DNA of 64,000 nt from a virus. The position numbers were made by a program, and so were the translations under genes. The notes under the pieces were generated by a model, which was not told the origin of the DNA, ran no database searches, and saw nothing but the letters and a program-made list of their open reading frames with translations. This document shows positions 27,679 to 37,029 of this stretch, one piece after another (position 1 is the stretch's first letter; every line of letters begins with the position of its first letter). The DNA lies in IMG/VR virus record IMGVR_UViG_3300036852_000239, positions 3,172-67,171 of that record; one strand, given 5' to 3'.

Positions 27679-28019
27679 CGCGCACCCCCAGGCTCACGGC
27701 CGATCCGCGAGAAGATCTGAGGGGCCCGCTTCGGTGCCACCGCGGGCATGAACAACAGCGGGGTGAACCCGTAGACCACCAGCAGCAGCAGGAACAGGCC
27801 CGAGGTGAACCATCCCTCCACGGCTGCCCAGCGGGCTTGGCTGCCCAAGAGAATGGAGCCACCCAACGTGATTGCGGCCAGAGCGAGCAGGCCGACGATA
27901 TGGCGGGGCTGAGCCTTAACGGCGTACACCCTGCCGGGCCGCGGGGGCTTGGGGTAAGGAGTCGGGTTCGACGGCTTGGGCGGCGGAGGCGGCGTTGGCC
28001 GGGTCGGGTGGTGGATCAC
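27675..28019 (-). CDS. Pro-rich membrane protein
   Basis: PPPPPKP followed by two TM segments. Confidence 0.5.
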   Translation of the reverse strand: MIHHPTRPTPPPPPKPSNPTPYPKPPRPGRVYAVKAQPRHIVGLLALAAITLGGSILLGSQARWAAVEGWFTSGLFLLLLVVYGFTPLLFMPAVAPKRAPQIFSRIGREPGGAR

Positions 28020-28177
28020 CACGCCACCTCCCCGAAGATCGCGACAAAGACGACGACAATCAGGAGCACCAGCGGGAAGCGCCAGGCTTCGTTGAAGTCG
28101 GCGACGCGTGGCCTGCTCGGCGGCGGGGCGGTCGGCTTCGGCGGCGGGGGCGGGGAGGCGGGCTTCGGCTTGGTCAT
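28016..28177 (-). CDS. Pro-rich small membrane protein
   Basis: PPPPPKP followed by one TM segment. Confidence 0.5.
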   Translation of the reverse strand: MTKPKPASPPPPPKPTAPPPSRPRVADFNEAWRFPLVLLIVVVFVAIFGEVAW

Positions 28178-28410
28178 GCCGACCTCGCCATGCGCTGGGA
28201 GCGCCTGCGCGCAACCTCGTCGCGTGTGGGCACGGTCTTTGGCTTGCGCGCGTGCATCTCGATGATCTCTTCGATCTGATCGTCGGTGAACCTGATGATC
28301 CGGCCGAACCGCGTGAAGGGGATGAGCTCCTTTGAGCACTGGTCGTCCCAGTAGTCCACCGACATGCCGGTGATCTCGGCGAGGTACTTCTTGTCGTGTA
28401 GAGGGCTCAT
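28174..28410 (-). CDS. Excisionase-like (MerR/Xis) protein
   Basis: LAEITGMS...IPFTRFGRIIRFTDDQI; close to the integrase. Confidence 0.75.
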   Translation of the reverse strand: MSPLHDKKYLAEITGMSVDYWDDQCSKELIPFTRFGRIIRFTDDQIEEIIEMHARKPKTVPTRDEVARRRSQRMARSA

Positions 28411-28685
28411 CGGGTGCCCACCTTGGTGATGAACAACTTCTCGACCTTGGTCCCGAGGACGTCGGACATGTGGATCGCCAGGGGAAGCGAGGCGATTCGC
28501 TCGCCGTTGCACAGCCGGTAGAAGTGGGCCCGGTGGATATGGAAAAGGCGCGCTAGGTCGTCGACTCGCATGTCGTCTTTCCTGATACCGAGCTTTTTTG
28601 CGCTGAGGTTCTTGCAGACGTCCACCCGCAGGCGACCTACGTCACCCTCTGGCGACTCAGTGTCGGGATATCCCGTCGTTCTCAC
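28407..28685 (-). CDS. Cro-like HTH protein (start uncertain)
   Basis: DDLARLFHIHRAHFYRLCNGE...VLGTKVEKLF; divergent from the repressor. Confidence 0.75.
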   Translation of the reverse strand: MRTTGYPDTESPEGDVGRLRVDVCKNLSAKKLGIRKDDMRVDDLARLFHIHRAHFYRLCNGERIASLPLAIHMSDVLGTKVEKLFITKVGTR

Positions 28686-28700
28686 GCTGCCTACGTTAAA

Positions 28701-28897
28701 CGTCGTCTTATGACGACGCAAGGGATGTCGTCCTGTGACGACGAAATCAGCCGAACGGGGGAGGTGCGCTCATGAGAGAAGACCTCTACAGTCGCCAATA
28801 TGCAACATGGAGGGGGTCGGTACGCAGCCCGACAAGAGGAGCGGATACAGCTCCAGCTCACCAAAAACGCCAAGTATCGTGTCGTCAAAAGACGACG
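28701..28897. promoter_or_regulatory. Three 18-bp palindromic operators YGTCGTC-N4-GACGACG
   Basis: At 28701-28718, 28726-28743 and 28880-28897, between divergent HTH genes. Confidence 0.85.
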
Positions 28898-28943
28898 CCG
28901 GCAGGCTGGAAGACGGCTCTGGGCGGCAGCTAATGTGTTGTCC

Positions 28944-29375
28944 ATGGGCGACACTCAGCCGACACACGAATGGGGTAGATACCTCCGTCGGCTGACCAAG
29001 GACCGCAACCCGACGATCAAGGAACTCGCCGAACGTGCCGGCATCGCCCGCCAAACACTGTCCGAATACATCCGCGACGGCGCGGAGTCGGTCACCATCG
29101 GCATCGTCAGGGCCATCGCACGCGCCGCCGGCGACGAGTTCATCAACGCGCTGCTCGCCGCGGGCAACATCCCGCAGCACGATGTCGACCAGGAGATACG
29201 CGCCGTGCTCGACGCCGAGGATCTCACCGACGTCCAGAAGATGCACATCATCGAGTTGCTGGAAACCGACCGCGAACGGGACCAGCAGCTGCTTGCCGAG
29301 CTCGCGCGCCGCGACAAGGAGCGCCGCATCAGCCGCGCCACCGCACTGATCGAACAGGTCCGCCGCGCTGCGTAG
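28944..29375 (+). CDS. Immunity repressor (XRE HTH)
   Basis: TIKELAERAGIARQTLSEYI; co-oriented with the integrase. Confidence 0.85.
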   Translation: MGDTQPTHEWGRYLRRLTKDRNPTIKELAERAGIARQTLSEYIRDGAESVTIGIVRAIARAAGDEFINALLAAGNIPQHDVDQEIRAVLDAEDLTDVQKMHIIELLETDRERDQQLLAELARRDKERRISRATALIEQVRRAA

Positions 29376-29402
29376 AGCTGGCGCGTCCATCCATGGGAGC
29401 CC

Positions 29403-30608
29403 GTGATGTGGGTTGAAAAACACCGAAAGGTGTTCCGCATCCGCGACGAGTTCATCGATGCGGATGGCAAGCGGGTCAAGTTCGACCTGGCCACCGGCTT
29501 TGCCACGAGGACGGCCGCCAACGACGCCATGGCGATCCTGAAAGCCGAACAGCTCCAGGGCACCGGACTCGTGCCGCGCGGCGGGGAGCGGACGCTTGCC
29601 CAGTACTGCGGCCAGTGGTGGGAGGACAGCGAGGGCATCTACACCAGAGTCCGCTCCCGCGAGACCATCAAGAGCAGGATGGACCGCTACATCGTGCGGC
29701 TACTCGGCAGCCACACCCTCGCCGAGCTCGAGGAAAGCCCACGGCTGGTGCAGCGATGGGTGAACGCCCTGCTGCTGGGCCGCACGAAGCCGCTTCGGGG
29801 CAACCCCAGACCGCTTGCCCCGAAGACCGTCCGCGACGCCCACGGCCTCCTCCACCAGATCCTGGCGGCAGCGGTCAAGGAGAAGCTGATCCGGTCCAAC
29901 CCGTGCGCGGACACGAAGCTGCCCGAGCGGGTCGACACCGAGATGCGGTTCCTCACCCCGGCTGAGGCCGACCGGCTCGTGAACGCGTTCCCGCCGCACT
30001 GGCGCCCACTGATCCTGTTCCTGCTCGCTACGGGGTGCCGGTGGTCAGAGGCGATCGGGTTGCGGCTGAAGAACCTGGACGTCCTCGCCTGCCGCGCGCG
30101 GATCCTGGTCAAGACGGTCATGGATGACTCCGGGAATTGGCATGACGAGCCTCCCAAGTCCCGCCGAGGGCGGCGGACGGTGTCGTTCCCCAAGCGGGTC
30201 GCCCAGTCACTGATCGCACTGGCGATGATCGACGACGACCGGGAGCGGCGAATCTTCCTCGGCCCCCGAGGGGGCATGATCGCGGCGAAGGATTTCTATG
30301 CGATCTGGCGCAAGGCGCTCGCCGAAGCCGGACTAGAGGGCCTGCGTATCCACGACCTGCGCCATACACATGTCGCCTGGTTGATAGCGGCGAAAGTGCC
30401 GCTGTCGGCCATCAGCCGGCGGATCGGGCACAAGAGCATCGCGGTGACCGACGACATTTACGGCCACCTCCTGGAGGAGATCGAAGACTATCTCACCAGC
30501 TCGCTCGACGCGGTCATGACCGTGATCGAGATCCGGGGGGAGTGGGGGGAAATCCGGGGGGAATCGGTGTCCGATGAGGACCGGCGAGAACCGGTGAAGA
30601 CCGGCTAG
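29403..30608 (+). CDS. int: Tyrosine integrase
   Basis: TGCRWSE (R), PKS (K), HDLRH, IGH and IYGH catalytic residues. Confidence 0.95.
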   Translation: MMWVEKHRKVFRIRDEFIDADGKRVKFDLATGFATRTAANDAMAILKAEQLQGTGLVPRGGERTLAQYCGQWWEDSEGIYTRVRSRETIKSRMDRYIVRLLGSHTLAELEESPRLVQRWVNALLLGRTKPLRGNPRPLAPKTVRDAHGLLHQILAAAVKEKLIRSNPCADTKLPERVDTEMRFLTPAEADRLVNAFPPHWRPLILFLLATGCRWSEAIGLRLKNLDVLACRARILVKTVMDDSGNWHDEPPKSRRGRRTVSFPKRVAQSLIALAMIDDDRERRIFLGPRGGMIAAKDFYAIWRKALAEAGLEGLRIHDLRHTHVAWLIAAKVPLSAISRRIGHKSIAVTDDIYGHLLEEIEDYLTSSLDAVMTVIEIRGEWGEIRGESVSDEDRREPVKTG

Positions 30609-30653
30609 AGCCCTGCTCATCTGGGCTTTCGGATCATTCCCCGAGGCCCGGTG

Positions 30654-30681
30654 ACGAGTTCGAATCTCGTATCCTCCGCCA
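30654..30681 (+). other. attP core: 3' end of a tRNA (Ser-like)
   Basis: ACGAG-TTCGAAT-CTCGT T-arm plus ATCCTCC-G-CCA; flanked by repeated CGGGGGGAATCG near 30555 and 30751 (arm-type sites). Confidence 0.85.
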
Positions 30682-30704
30682 AGATCATAAGGTTGTTTAC
30701 GCAG

Positions 30705-30735
30705 TTCGGGCCCGGTCACCATGACCGGGCCCGAA
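30705..30735. terminator. Strong hairpin downstream of attP
   Basis: TTCGGGCCCGGTCA-CCA-TGACCGGGCCCGAA. Confidence 0.8.
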
Positions 30736-30766
30736 TCTTTGGGGGGTGTACGGGGGGAATCGAAGA

Positions 30767-31399
30767 TCAAGCCGTCTCGTCGGGCCGTACCGACCGCAAC
30801 GCTGGAGCCCCATTTCCGTTCGGCGAATCGACGCGCTGCCGTACGCCGCGCAGGTACCCCGCCGCATATGCCTTCTCTATCTCTTCCCGGACCACCGGCG
30901 CGATGATGCCCTGGGCTGTCTCGCGGATCAGTTGGCGAAGCACCGGCGTGACCGCCGAAAGGAACGCCGGGATGAGCCGCGGCGCGATGTCGCGTATCAG
31001 CGAATGGGTCCCCTCGTGCAAGGCCACGAGGCGGCCGAGCTCCACCGCGTCGGCCGGGCGAGCATCGCGGATCTCGCGGCGCAACTCTTCCTCGACGTCG
31101 TCGCGGCCGATGCGGTTGTGGCGGATCCACATGCCGATCCCAAACAGCAAGCCGCCCAGGATGAAGACGGCCAGCGCCGGATTGGTGGTTATCTTGAGGG
31201 CATCAAGTTCAGGGTCGGCAAGGATGACGATGACGATGACGCCGGCTGTGGCTGCCCCGATGGAACCCAGCCACAGCCCAACCTTGATGAGCAATCGCGC
31301 GGGCCGGTCGCGTCGTCGTTCCCGCCTAGCCCGTTCGTCTCGCTCTTGCTGTTTCTGGATCTGTTCGACAGTCTCTTTCAGGTCGGTCGTGGTGCTCAT
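30767..31399 (-). CDS. Two-TM membrane protein
   Basis: Two hydrophobic helices; GAGG RBS. Confidence 0.7.
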   Translation of the reverse strand: MSTTTDLKETVEQIQKQQERDERARRERRRDRPARLLIKVGLWLGSIGAATAGVIVIVILADPELDALKITTNPALAVFILGGLLFGIGMWIRHNRIGRDDVEEELRREIRDARPADAVELGRLVALHEGTHSLIRDIAPRLIPAFLSAVTPVLRQLIRETAQGIIAPVVREEIEKAYAAGYLRGVRQRVDSPNGNGAPALRSVRPDETA

Positions 31400-31905
31400 T
31401 GCTTGCCTCGCCTCACCTTGTTGAATGGTTTGGGTGAGGGGCTGGTGATCCTGGCGGGGATCGTCGCATGTGCGGGAATCGGATTGATGAGGTTCACTCC
31501 TGATGATCCTCTCTCTTGGAGGGACCGTCCAGGATCCCCGAGATTGATCGCGACGAGTGCCGCGTGGTGGAGAGTTTCGCGGCGGGTGAGTACGGAAAGT
31601 TAGTCACACCGTGACCGGCTGTCGATGGCCGATCATCCGATGTGCACACACCTTCCGGTGAAGGTGTTGGGTCCGCTTGGCCATGCGAGCCCACGGGGGA
31701 ATCGATGCTGGGACGGCCCGCACCGCACGTCCCGAGCGTGCCTTTTACCATGCGTCAGCGAAGTGTGTGATTCAAGTCATTCACGTTCTTGCACGCGAAG
31801 ATCCAGCCGAACGGGCGGAGTTCGATAACGATCACACGGTGACCCGTAACATTTCCGACAGTCCAATCGATGTAACACGGATGTGCGTCGCGAGACGCTG
31901 CGGGA

Positions 31906-32133
31906 CTACCTCCTGCGCCCCTCGGGCACGAACACGCCGCGGCCTTGCACGCCGACCACCGCACCACGCTCCTTGAGGATCACGATCACGGTGGCGATCG
32001 TGGTGTAGCCGACGTCGTAGAGATCCATCAGGTCCCGGTAGGACGGCAGCTTGCTTCCAGGCGGGTATTCCCCGCCGCGGATGCGCTCGGCAAGGTCGTC
32101 CGCGATCTGCATCGCGGACATCGGTATAGGCAT
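31906..32133 (-). CDS. Stand-alone GntR-family winged HTH
   Basis: QIADDLAERIRGGEYPPGSKLPS...QGRGVFV. Confidence 0.9.
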   Translation of the reverse strand: MPIPMSAMQIADDLAERIRGGEYPPGSKLPSYRDLMDLYDVGYTTIATVIVILKERGAVVGVQGRGVFVPEGRRR

Positions 32134-32305
32134 CTTTGTACTCCCGGAGTCAGCACCAGGAGTCGATCACAAAACTTGTCCGAGTTCCACGACTTGTATG
32201 CCTTATCCGGGCCATCCGGATATGTTGAGCGGGCATCCGGAGTCAGCGCCTGGGTGCGCAACGGCCGCGGACATCAAGCCGCGGCCGTTGTCCTTTGAGA
32301 GCTCG

Positions 32306-33649
32306 CTACGCGATGTCGCCTGCCAGTGTCAGCAACCTTCTCACCGGAGCAATCTGCCGGTTGGCCAGCGGCATCAGCATCGAACGCATGTCGCGGACCA
32401 CCTGACGGCCACGCTCGGACTGGATGGGTGCCAGCCGATGACACGCCGCCTCCCAGTTCGAGAACGCCAAGTCGACCCGCCCGGCCTTGAACGCCACCTC
32501 CGCCAGCCAGCCCTGCGACAGGCCCACAATCAGCGCATGGTCGCCGGCGAACCCGCGCGCCCCCACCGACAGTGCGAAATGCTCCTGCGCCCCGTCCAAA
32601 TCCCCCAGGTCGGCCAAAGTCTTGGCGACGTGGGAGTGGTACTGGCCGGCGTTGTTGCGCAGCTTCACCCAGCCCGGACGGGTGTCGCCCAGTTTGGCGC
32701 GCTCGTTGAGCGTCTCCGCCCAGTTGATCGCCTCCAGGGCGAGGCGTTTCTCGCCGCGCATGGCGTGCGCCCGGGCCACGGTCAAGGTGAACACCGCTTC
32801 GGTGTGCGGGTCGGCCTGGCCGCGGATCGACTCCACCGCGGAGGTGGCCAGATCCAGGCAGTTGACGTAGTGCCCGAGGTCGAAGGCCTGGTGGGCGAGG
32901 ATGCGCTTCACGTACGCGGCTTGGCGCAGGTCGTTGGAGTGGGCGGCCAGCTGGTAGGCGTACAGGTAATACCGCTGCGCCAGCCCTTCCTGCATCAAAT
33001 CGTGGCATTTCCATGCGGCGAGGTAGGCCAACTGCATCGCCTGGTTGAACATGGCCCCGCGTACCGCCTCGGTGGCCGGCGCGCGGCAGTAGGCGGTCAC
33101 GTCGGTGGTGAGGTATTCGACGAGGGCAGAGCGGCCGAACCCGCCGCCGAGCCGCTCGTCGGCCATGTCGAATGCGCGGGTGACCTCGGCGACCGCTTCC
33201 ACCTCCGCCTGGCCGATCGGCCTACCTGAAGCCGCTGCTGCGGCCCGTTCATCTTGTTCGGCCACGTATTCGGCTGGCAGCATCAGCGCCGACAGCGAGT
33301 AGGCGGCGCTGGCCAGGAACCCTCGTCTGTCCACATCGGCCCTTCCCAGTCGTCGAAGTGCGGCGATGGGATCATCCGGCAGCCGGTCAAGAGTGTCGCC
33401 GTCGGCGCCGCCGTGACCTAACTCGATCGGGTGAACGGCACGCCCGAGCCTGCGCGATAACGCTTCGGCGATGTAGCCGACCGCTGCGGGCTGCGGCTTG
33501 TGTGCCCCAGACAGCCACTGCGACACGCTGGCCTTGGTGTATCGCAGCAGTTGGCCGTTTTCGGCGGCGATCCGGTTGACCGCCCTGGCCAGGGCGTCGT
33601 GGGTGTACCCGGATTGGCTGATCAAGGCGCGCAGGCTGGCGTTTTCCAT
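32306..33649 (-). CDS. NsdA-like actinomycete regulator (XRE HTH plus TPR-like helical domain)
   Basis: LARAVN...YTKASVSQWL, IAEALSRRLGR, DVDRRGFL, DERLGGG, LAQRYY. Confidence 0.75.
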   Translation of the reverse strand: MENASLRALISQSGYTHDALARAVNRIAAENGQLLRYTKASVSQWLSGAHKPQPAAVGYIAEALSRRLGRAVHPIELGHGGADGDTLDRLPDDPIAALRRLGRADVDRRGFLASAAYSLSALMLPAEYVAEQDERAAAAASGRPIGQAEVEAVAEVTRAFDMADERLGGGFGRSALVEYLTTDVTAYCRAPATEAVRGAMFNQAMQLAYLAAWKCHDLMQEGLAQRYYLYAYQLAAHSNDLRQAAYVKRILAHQAFDLGHYVNCLDLATSAVESIRGQADPHTEAVFTLTVARAHAMRGEKRLALEAINWAETLNERAKLGDTRPGWVKLRNNAGQYHSHVAKTLADLGDLDGAQEHFALSVGARGFAGDHALIVGLSQGWLAEVAFKAGRVDLAFSNWEAACHRLAPIQSERGRQVVRDMRSMLMPLANRQIAPVRRLLTLAGDIA

Positions 33650-34147
33650 GTGCGACTCCGCATCCAGAGGTGTGTGCTGGTTACGTGTGGTCTTAACCCA
33701 CTTAACCACACTGTCCGGTGCGGATGGTCCCGGAGCGGCCAGTCATGCGCCACCATCTGTAGACATCACTCCGAGAAACGTCGATGCCGGAGCGAGCACA
33801 CCTACTCACTCCGGCACGTAGACGGTACCCCGGGCAAGGCGAAGCCGCACGAGTCCAGTCCTGGGTACCCCACAAGCGGGGTCGCCACCAATGCGCGGCT
33901 CCTGGTCACGGCCACCACAGGACTTCGGGCCGTGGCTCAGCAAGTTGCAAACGGGGGCACCGGTACATCGGGTTATCTGCGTTCGCCCCGGTGCCCCCAC
34001 CCTGACCCCGGCATGTGCGGGAGGTGCAGCGGTGGACGAGCGGTTGGAGACGGTCCGCGTGCTGGTGGAGTTGGTGGCGCTCGGTCGGGATGTGGCCACG
34101 CTGGCGGTGTTGGCTGTGGTCATACCGGTGCTGTTGCGGCGTAAGGG

Positions 34148-34492
34148 GTGAGCGCGGTGACGTCCTGGGGTGCGGTGACGTGGGTGGGTTTGCCGGCGTT
34201 GATAGGCGCGGTGGGCTGGATCGCGTGGGAGGTCCGAAGGGCCGAGCGGGTCCGCCGCGAGCGGCCTTTGCCGCGGCCTTGGGTTCGTACCGAGGTCGCT
34301 ACTGGGCGGCCAGAGCCGGACCCGGAGGTGAAACCCGCGGTGATCCTGCACATGGACCGCGACGACGGACAGCTGCTCGGCGAGGCGGTGTACAAGCCGA
34401 TCGAGGACATTCTCCGCAAGCAGGCGCAGGGTCTTGCCGAGGACAACGGCGCGGGCCGGTTCGGGATCAACTACAAGCGGAGGCCGCGGTGA
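34148..34492 (+). CDS. Membrane-anchored hypothetical protein
   Basis: N-terminal TM; GTGA coupling to a small upstream ORF (34032-34151). Confidence 0.55.
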   Translation: MSAVTSWGAVTWVGLPALIGAVGWIAWEVRRAERVRRERPLPRPWVRTEVATGRPEPDPEVKPAVILHMDRDDGQLLGEAVYKPIEDILRKQAQGLAEDNGAGRFGINYKRRPR

Positions 34493-34881
34493 CCGGACGA
34501 CGCCAGCTGCAGCACTACAAGCATCACGCTCGTAACGAAACGTACTGTGGCATCAGCCCGCCTCCACCGCCGCCGTTTGGTCTGGTGGAGATCTGCGATC
34601 CATGCTGGCGTGGCTTTGCGGCGCATCGTAGGAAGAAGCAGGCGGCGGGGTGGATGCTGTTCGGCTCGTCTCCGCCGCTGATGTGCGTGCCGCCCGAGGG
34701 GGATGTGCCCCTGCCGTTGCTTATGGGGTGTGCCCAGCGGTGTGGGGCGGGGCGGCGTCTCGAGTTCCCCCCGTGCTCGAGACGCCGCCTCAGACGTTGA
34801 TCGCCTAGCCTGCATGCCGGGGTTTCGGCGTCCGGTTCCCCCGAGCCGGGCGCCGCATTGCCACCGTGTCCCACGCGCACG

Positions 34882-34906
34882 AAAAAGCCCGCCCGGGTTG
34901 GCGGGC
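34882..34906 (-). terminator. Intrinsic terminator
   Basis: GCCCGCC stem followed by a U-tract on the minus strand. Confidence 0.7.
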
Positions 34907-34926
34907 GGGCGGGAGTATCGATGCGG

Positions 34927-35244
34927 TTAGGCGCGCTGGAGCTCGCGTACCTTCTGCTCGCTTACGGCGAACGGCGGCCATTGGGGCGTGTAGCAGCCGG
35001 CGGCGTGCAGTGCGGTGCGCAAGTCGACGAGGTAGCGGGCGAGTGCATCGTCTTCGCTGGCGCCGGGGATGATTGCGGAGAAGTCGGCGGTGCGTGCGGC
35101 CAGGCTGGCAGAGATCGACAGGTCACCGTTGCTGATCTTCTCGAATTCTGTCATGGCCGCGTCGATGAATCTTTCGAACTGGTCGTCGGTGGCGTTCGGC
35201 GGTCCGACGAAGACAGCGCTTACGGAGATCATGTAATCGGTCAT
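34927..35244 (-). CDS. Putative antitoxin (acidic partner of the HicA-like protein)
   Basis: Acidic 105 aa; ATGA-coupled to the basic upstream gene; lower GC island. Confidence 0.5.
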   Translation of the reverse strand: MTDYMISVSAVFVGPPNATDDQFERFIDAAMTEFEKISNGDLSISASLAARTADFSAIIPGASEDDALARYLVDLRTALHAAGCYTPQWPPFAVSEQKVRELQRA

Positions 35245-35465
35245 GGTGACTCCTTCCAGCATGCTCTTCGTAGGTTCCTGATGACGACTCGCAGATTGGC
35301 GGAGGCGTTTTTCGGTGTGGTGGAGACGGTCACTATGTGTTTGTCCTTGCATGGGCAGAACATCTGGAAATGGGTGTCTCCGCCGCCTCGGATGCTCCAG
35401 CTTCGTTTCTCGGCTCGTTTAAACAGTTGCTCATGATGTTTGTCTGGGTGACGTGGGCGTGACAC
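35241..35465 (-). CDS. HicA-like toxin
   Basis: RPRHPDK...W.I.GGGDTHFQMFCPC...VTVSTTP; small basic protein. Confidence 0.55.
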   Translation of the reverse strand: MSRPRHPDKHHEQLFKRAEKRSWSIRGGGDTHFQMFCPCKDKHIVTVSTTPKNASANLRVVIRNLRRACWKESP

Positions 35466-35587
35466 AGAGTTAACGCCTCTCTGTGTGATGACGTTACCGG
35501 TCCTACGGCTGTCAAGGACAGAGTCCCGGTCCAGTCGTTATAGAAACACCCATCGAATCTCATGCGTTCGCTTATCGGACGGTCGGA

Positions 35588-35863
35588 TCAACGACAGTGG
35601 CCGGGGGTTTTGCGCTTGCCGCCGCTGACGCCTTTGGCGATCTGTGCCACCCGGGTGCGGTGCTGGCCGATCTCCGCCCCGATCTCCGCATAGGACAGGC
35701 CCAACTCCTCGTGCATTTCGACGACTGCAGCTTGACGCTCCGCCTGTAGCTGGCTGGTGATCGCGGGTAGGTCGCGGGCGAGTAGGTCACCTAGGGCTTT
35801 GGCGCGTTCGGCGAGGTCGGTGAGTGCTCGCGCTTTCTTGATCGCTTTGGTTGGGTCGTCCAT
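35588..35863 (-). CDS. HTH DNA-binding protein (sigma-70 region 4-like)
   Basis: GLSYAEIGAEIGQHRTRVAQI. Confidence 0.8.
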   Translation of the reverse strand: MDDPTKAIKKARALTDLAERAKALGDLLARDLPAITSQLQAERQAAVVEMHEELGLSYAEIGAEIGQHRTRVAQIAKGVSGGKRKTPGHCR

Positions 35864-35872
35864 GAGGGTGAG

Positions 35873-35935
35873 TGTAGTGGGTGGGTCAACATTTGTGTAG
35901 TGGGTGGGTTGACAACTGTAGTGGGGGGGTCTACA
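35873..35935. promoter_or_regulatory. Three tandem ~19-bp operator-like repeats over a divergent promoter
   Basis: TGTAGTGGGTGGGTCAACA, TGTAGTGGGTGGGTTGACA and TGTAGTGGGGGGGTCTACA; includes TTGACA. Confidence 0.75.
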
Positions 35936-36002
35936 CTTAAGGCATAACACAAGACGGGCAATCGCCAGAGGCGTGGGGATTCAGCCAACGAAGGAGATCG
36001 AC

Positions 36003-36203
36003 ATGAGCGAGCACCTACCCAAGGTCGGAGACACCGCTGAGTACATCTTCGACGAGATACACGGCGAGCTGGCCGACACCATGGTCATCGGCGACGTGGT
36101 GAAGGTCGGCAAGACCTACGCCGATGTCGCCTGGCGCGGCGGCCGGGTGGAGCGGATCCGCTTCCGCGAGCCCCACCGGGTGACCTTCAAGCCCGCCACC
36201 TAA
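36003..36203 (+). CDS. Small beta-rich (SH3-like) protein
   Basis: PKVGD...GDVVKVGKTYADVAW; GAAGGAG RBS. Confidence 0.65.
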   Translation: MSEHLPKVGDTAEYIFDEIHGELADTMVIGDVVKVGKTYADVAWRGGRVERIRFREPHRVTFKPAT

Positions 36204-36255
36204 TCTCCTGGCCCGGTCTTCCCCCAGGCACCCCCAAAACCCAAGGAGCACGAAG

Positions 36256-36465
36256 ATGCGCATGACTCGCGAAGACGCCATTGAGAAAGCCTGCGCCGTT
36301 GTCGCCCGGAACCCGCACCTCGACGGCATCGCCGATGACACGAAGGTCTGGCTGGTCAACGACATCGCCAATGCTGTCTACGACGCCTGGTTCAACGGGC
36401 GCGACGAGGGCTACGAGGCCGGCGCCGAAGCCGTGGGAGCGCAGTGGCGCGCCTCCATCAGCTGA
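36256..36465 (+). CDS. Hypothetical protein
   Basis: AAGGAG RBS; 69 aa. Confidence 0.6.
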   Translation: MRMTREDAIEKACAVVARNPHLDGIADDTKVWLVNDIANAVYDAWFNGRDEGYEAGAEAVGAQWRASIS

Positions 36466-36528
36466 CGACAACGGCACCGGAGTGCTCGTATCACCCCGGT
36501 GCCCCCCACGACCTTACGGGAGGACCAC

Positions 36529-36852
36529 ATGACCATCACCGAAACCACCCCAGCCGCTCAACTGAGCGCACCACCCGCTCGGCGGAACCCGGTCGAGGTG
36601 GCCAGAGAACAAGTCGTGGCATGGTGGGAGCGGCACGCCGCCCGCACCAACGGCAACCAAGAGCTGCTCGACCTGCTGGAATGGAAACTCGCTGAACTGG
36701 CGGAGGTTGAGCGGCTCCTTGGTGAAGAACGAGCGTGCACCCTGCGCGCTATGAGCCAGGAGGCTGGTTCCATTCGCAAACTGTCCGAGCGGATGGGTCG
36801 CCCGTTCTCCACGTTGCGAGCACAGATGAAGCTCAACAAGACCGATGAGTGA
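36529..36852 (+). CDS. Hypothetical protein with C-terminal HTH
   Basis: SIRKLSERMGRPFSTLR; GGAGG RBS. Confidence 0.6.
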   Translation: MTITETTPAAQLSAPPARRNPVEVAREQVVAWWERHAARTNGNQELLDLLEWKLAELAEVERLLGEERACTLRAMSQEAGSIRKLSERMGRPFSTLRAQMKLNKTDE

Positions 36853-36962
36853 TTGGACGCCCGGGACGAATCCAGCACGGTAACGACGCGCTGGCGCGCC
36901 CCGGGCGCCCGTACAGAGTAGAGGATTCCAACTCGATCCCTGAGCCCCGCAGACGACAAAGC

Positions 36963-37000
36963 AGCGCCCCGCCGTGCTCTCGACGAGCTGGCGGGGCGCT
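36963..37000. terminator. Hairpin between convergent genes
   Basis: AGCGCCCCGCC...GGCGGGGCGCT. Confidence 0.65.
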
Positions 37001-37029
37001 TGCGTTCTGCCGGATGGTTCGGAAGGGCT

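Noticed and set aside
30654-30681. Complete tRNA-Ser gene
   Set aside because: Only the T-arm and 3' acceptor strand are present, so it is read as the attP core
34700-34860. Hairpin cluster as a separate ncRNA
   Set aside because: It lies between convergent operons and partly within an ORF; terminator or stability hairpins are the simpler explanation
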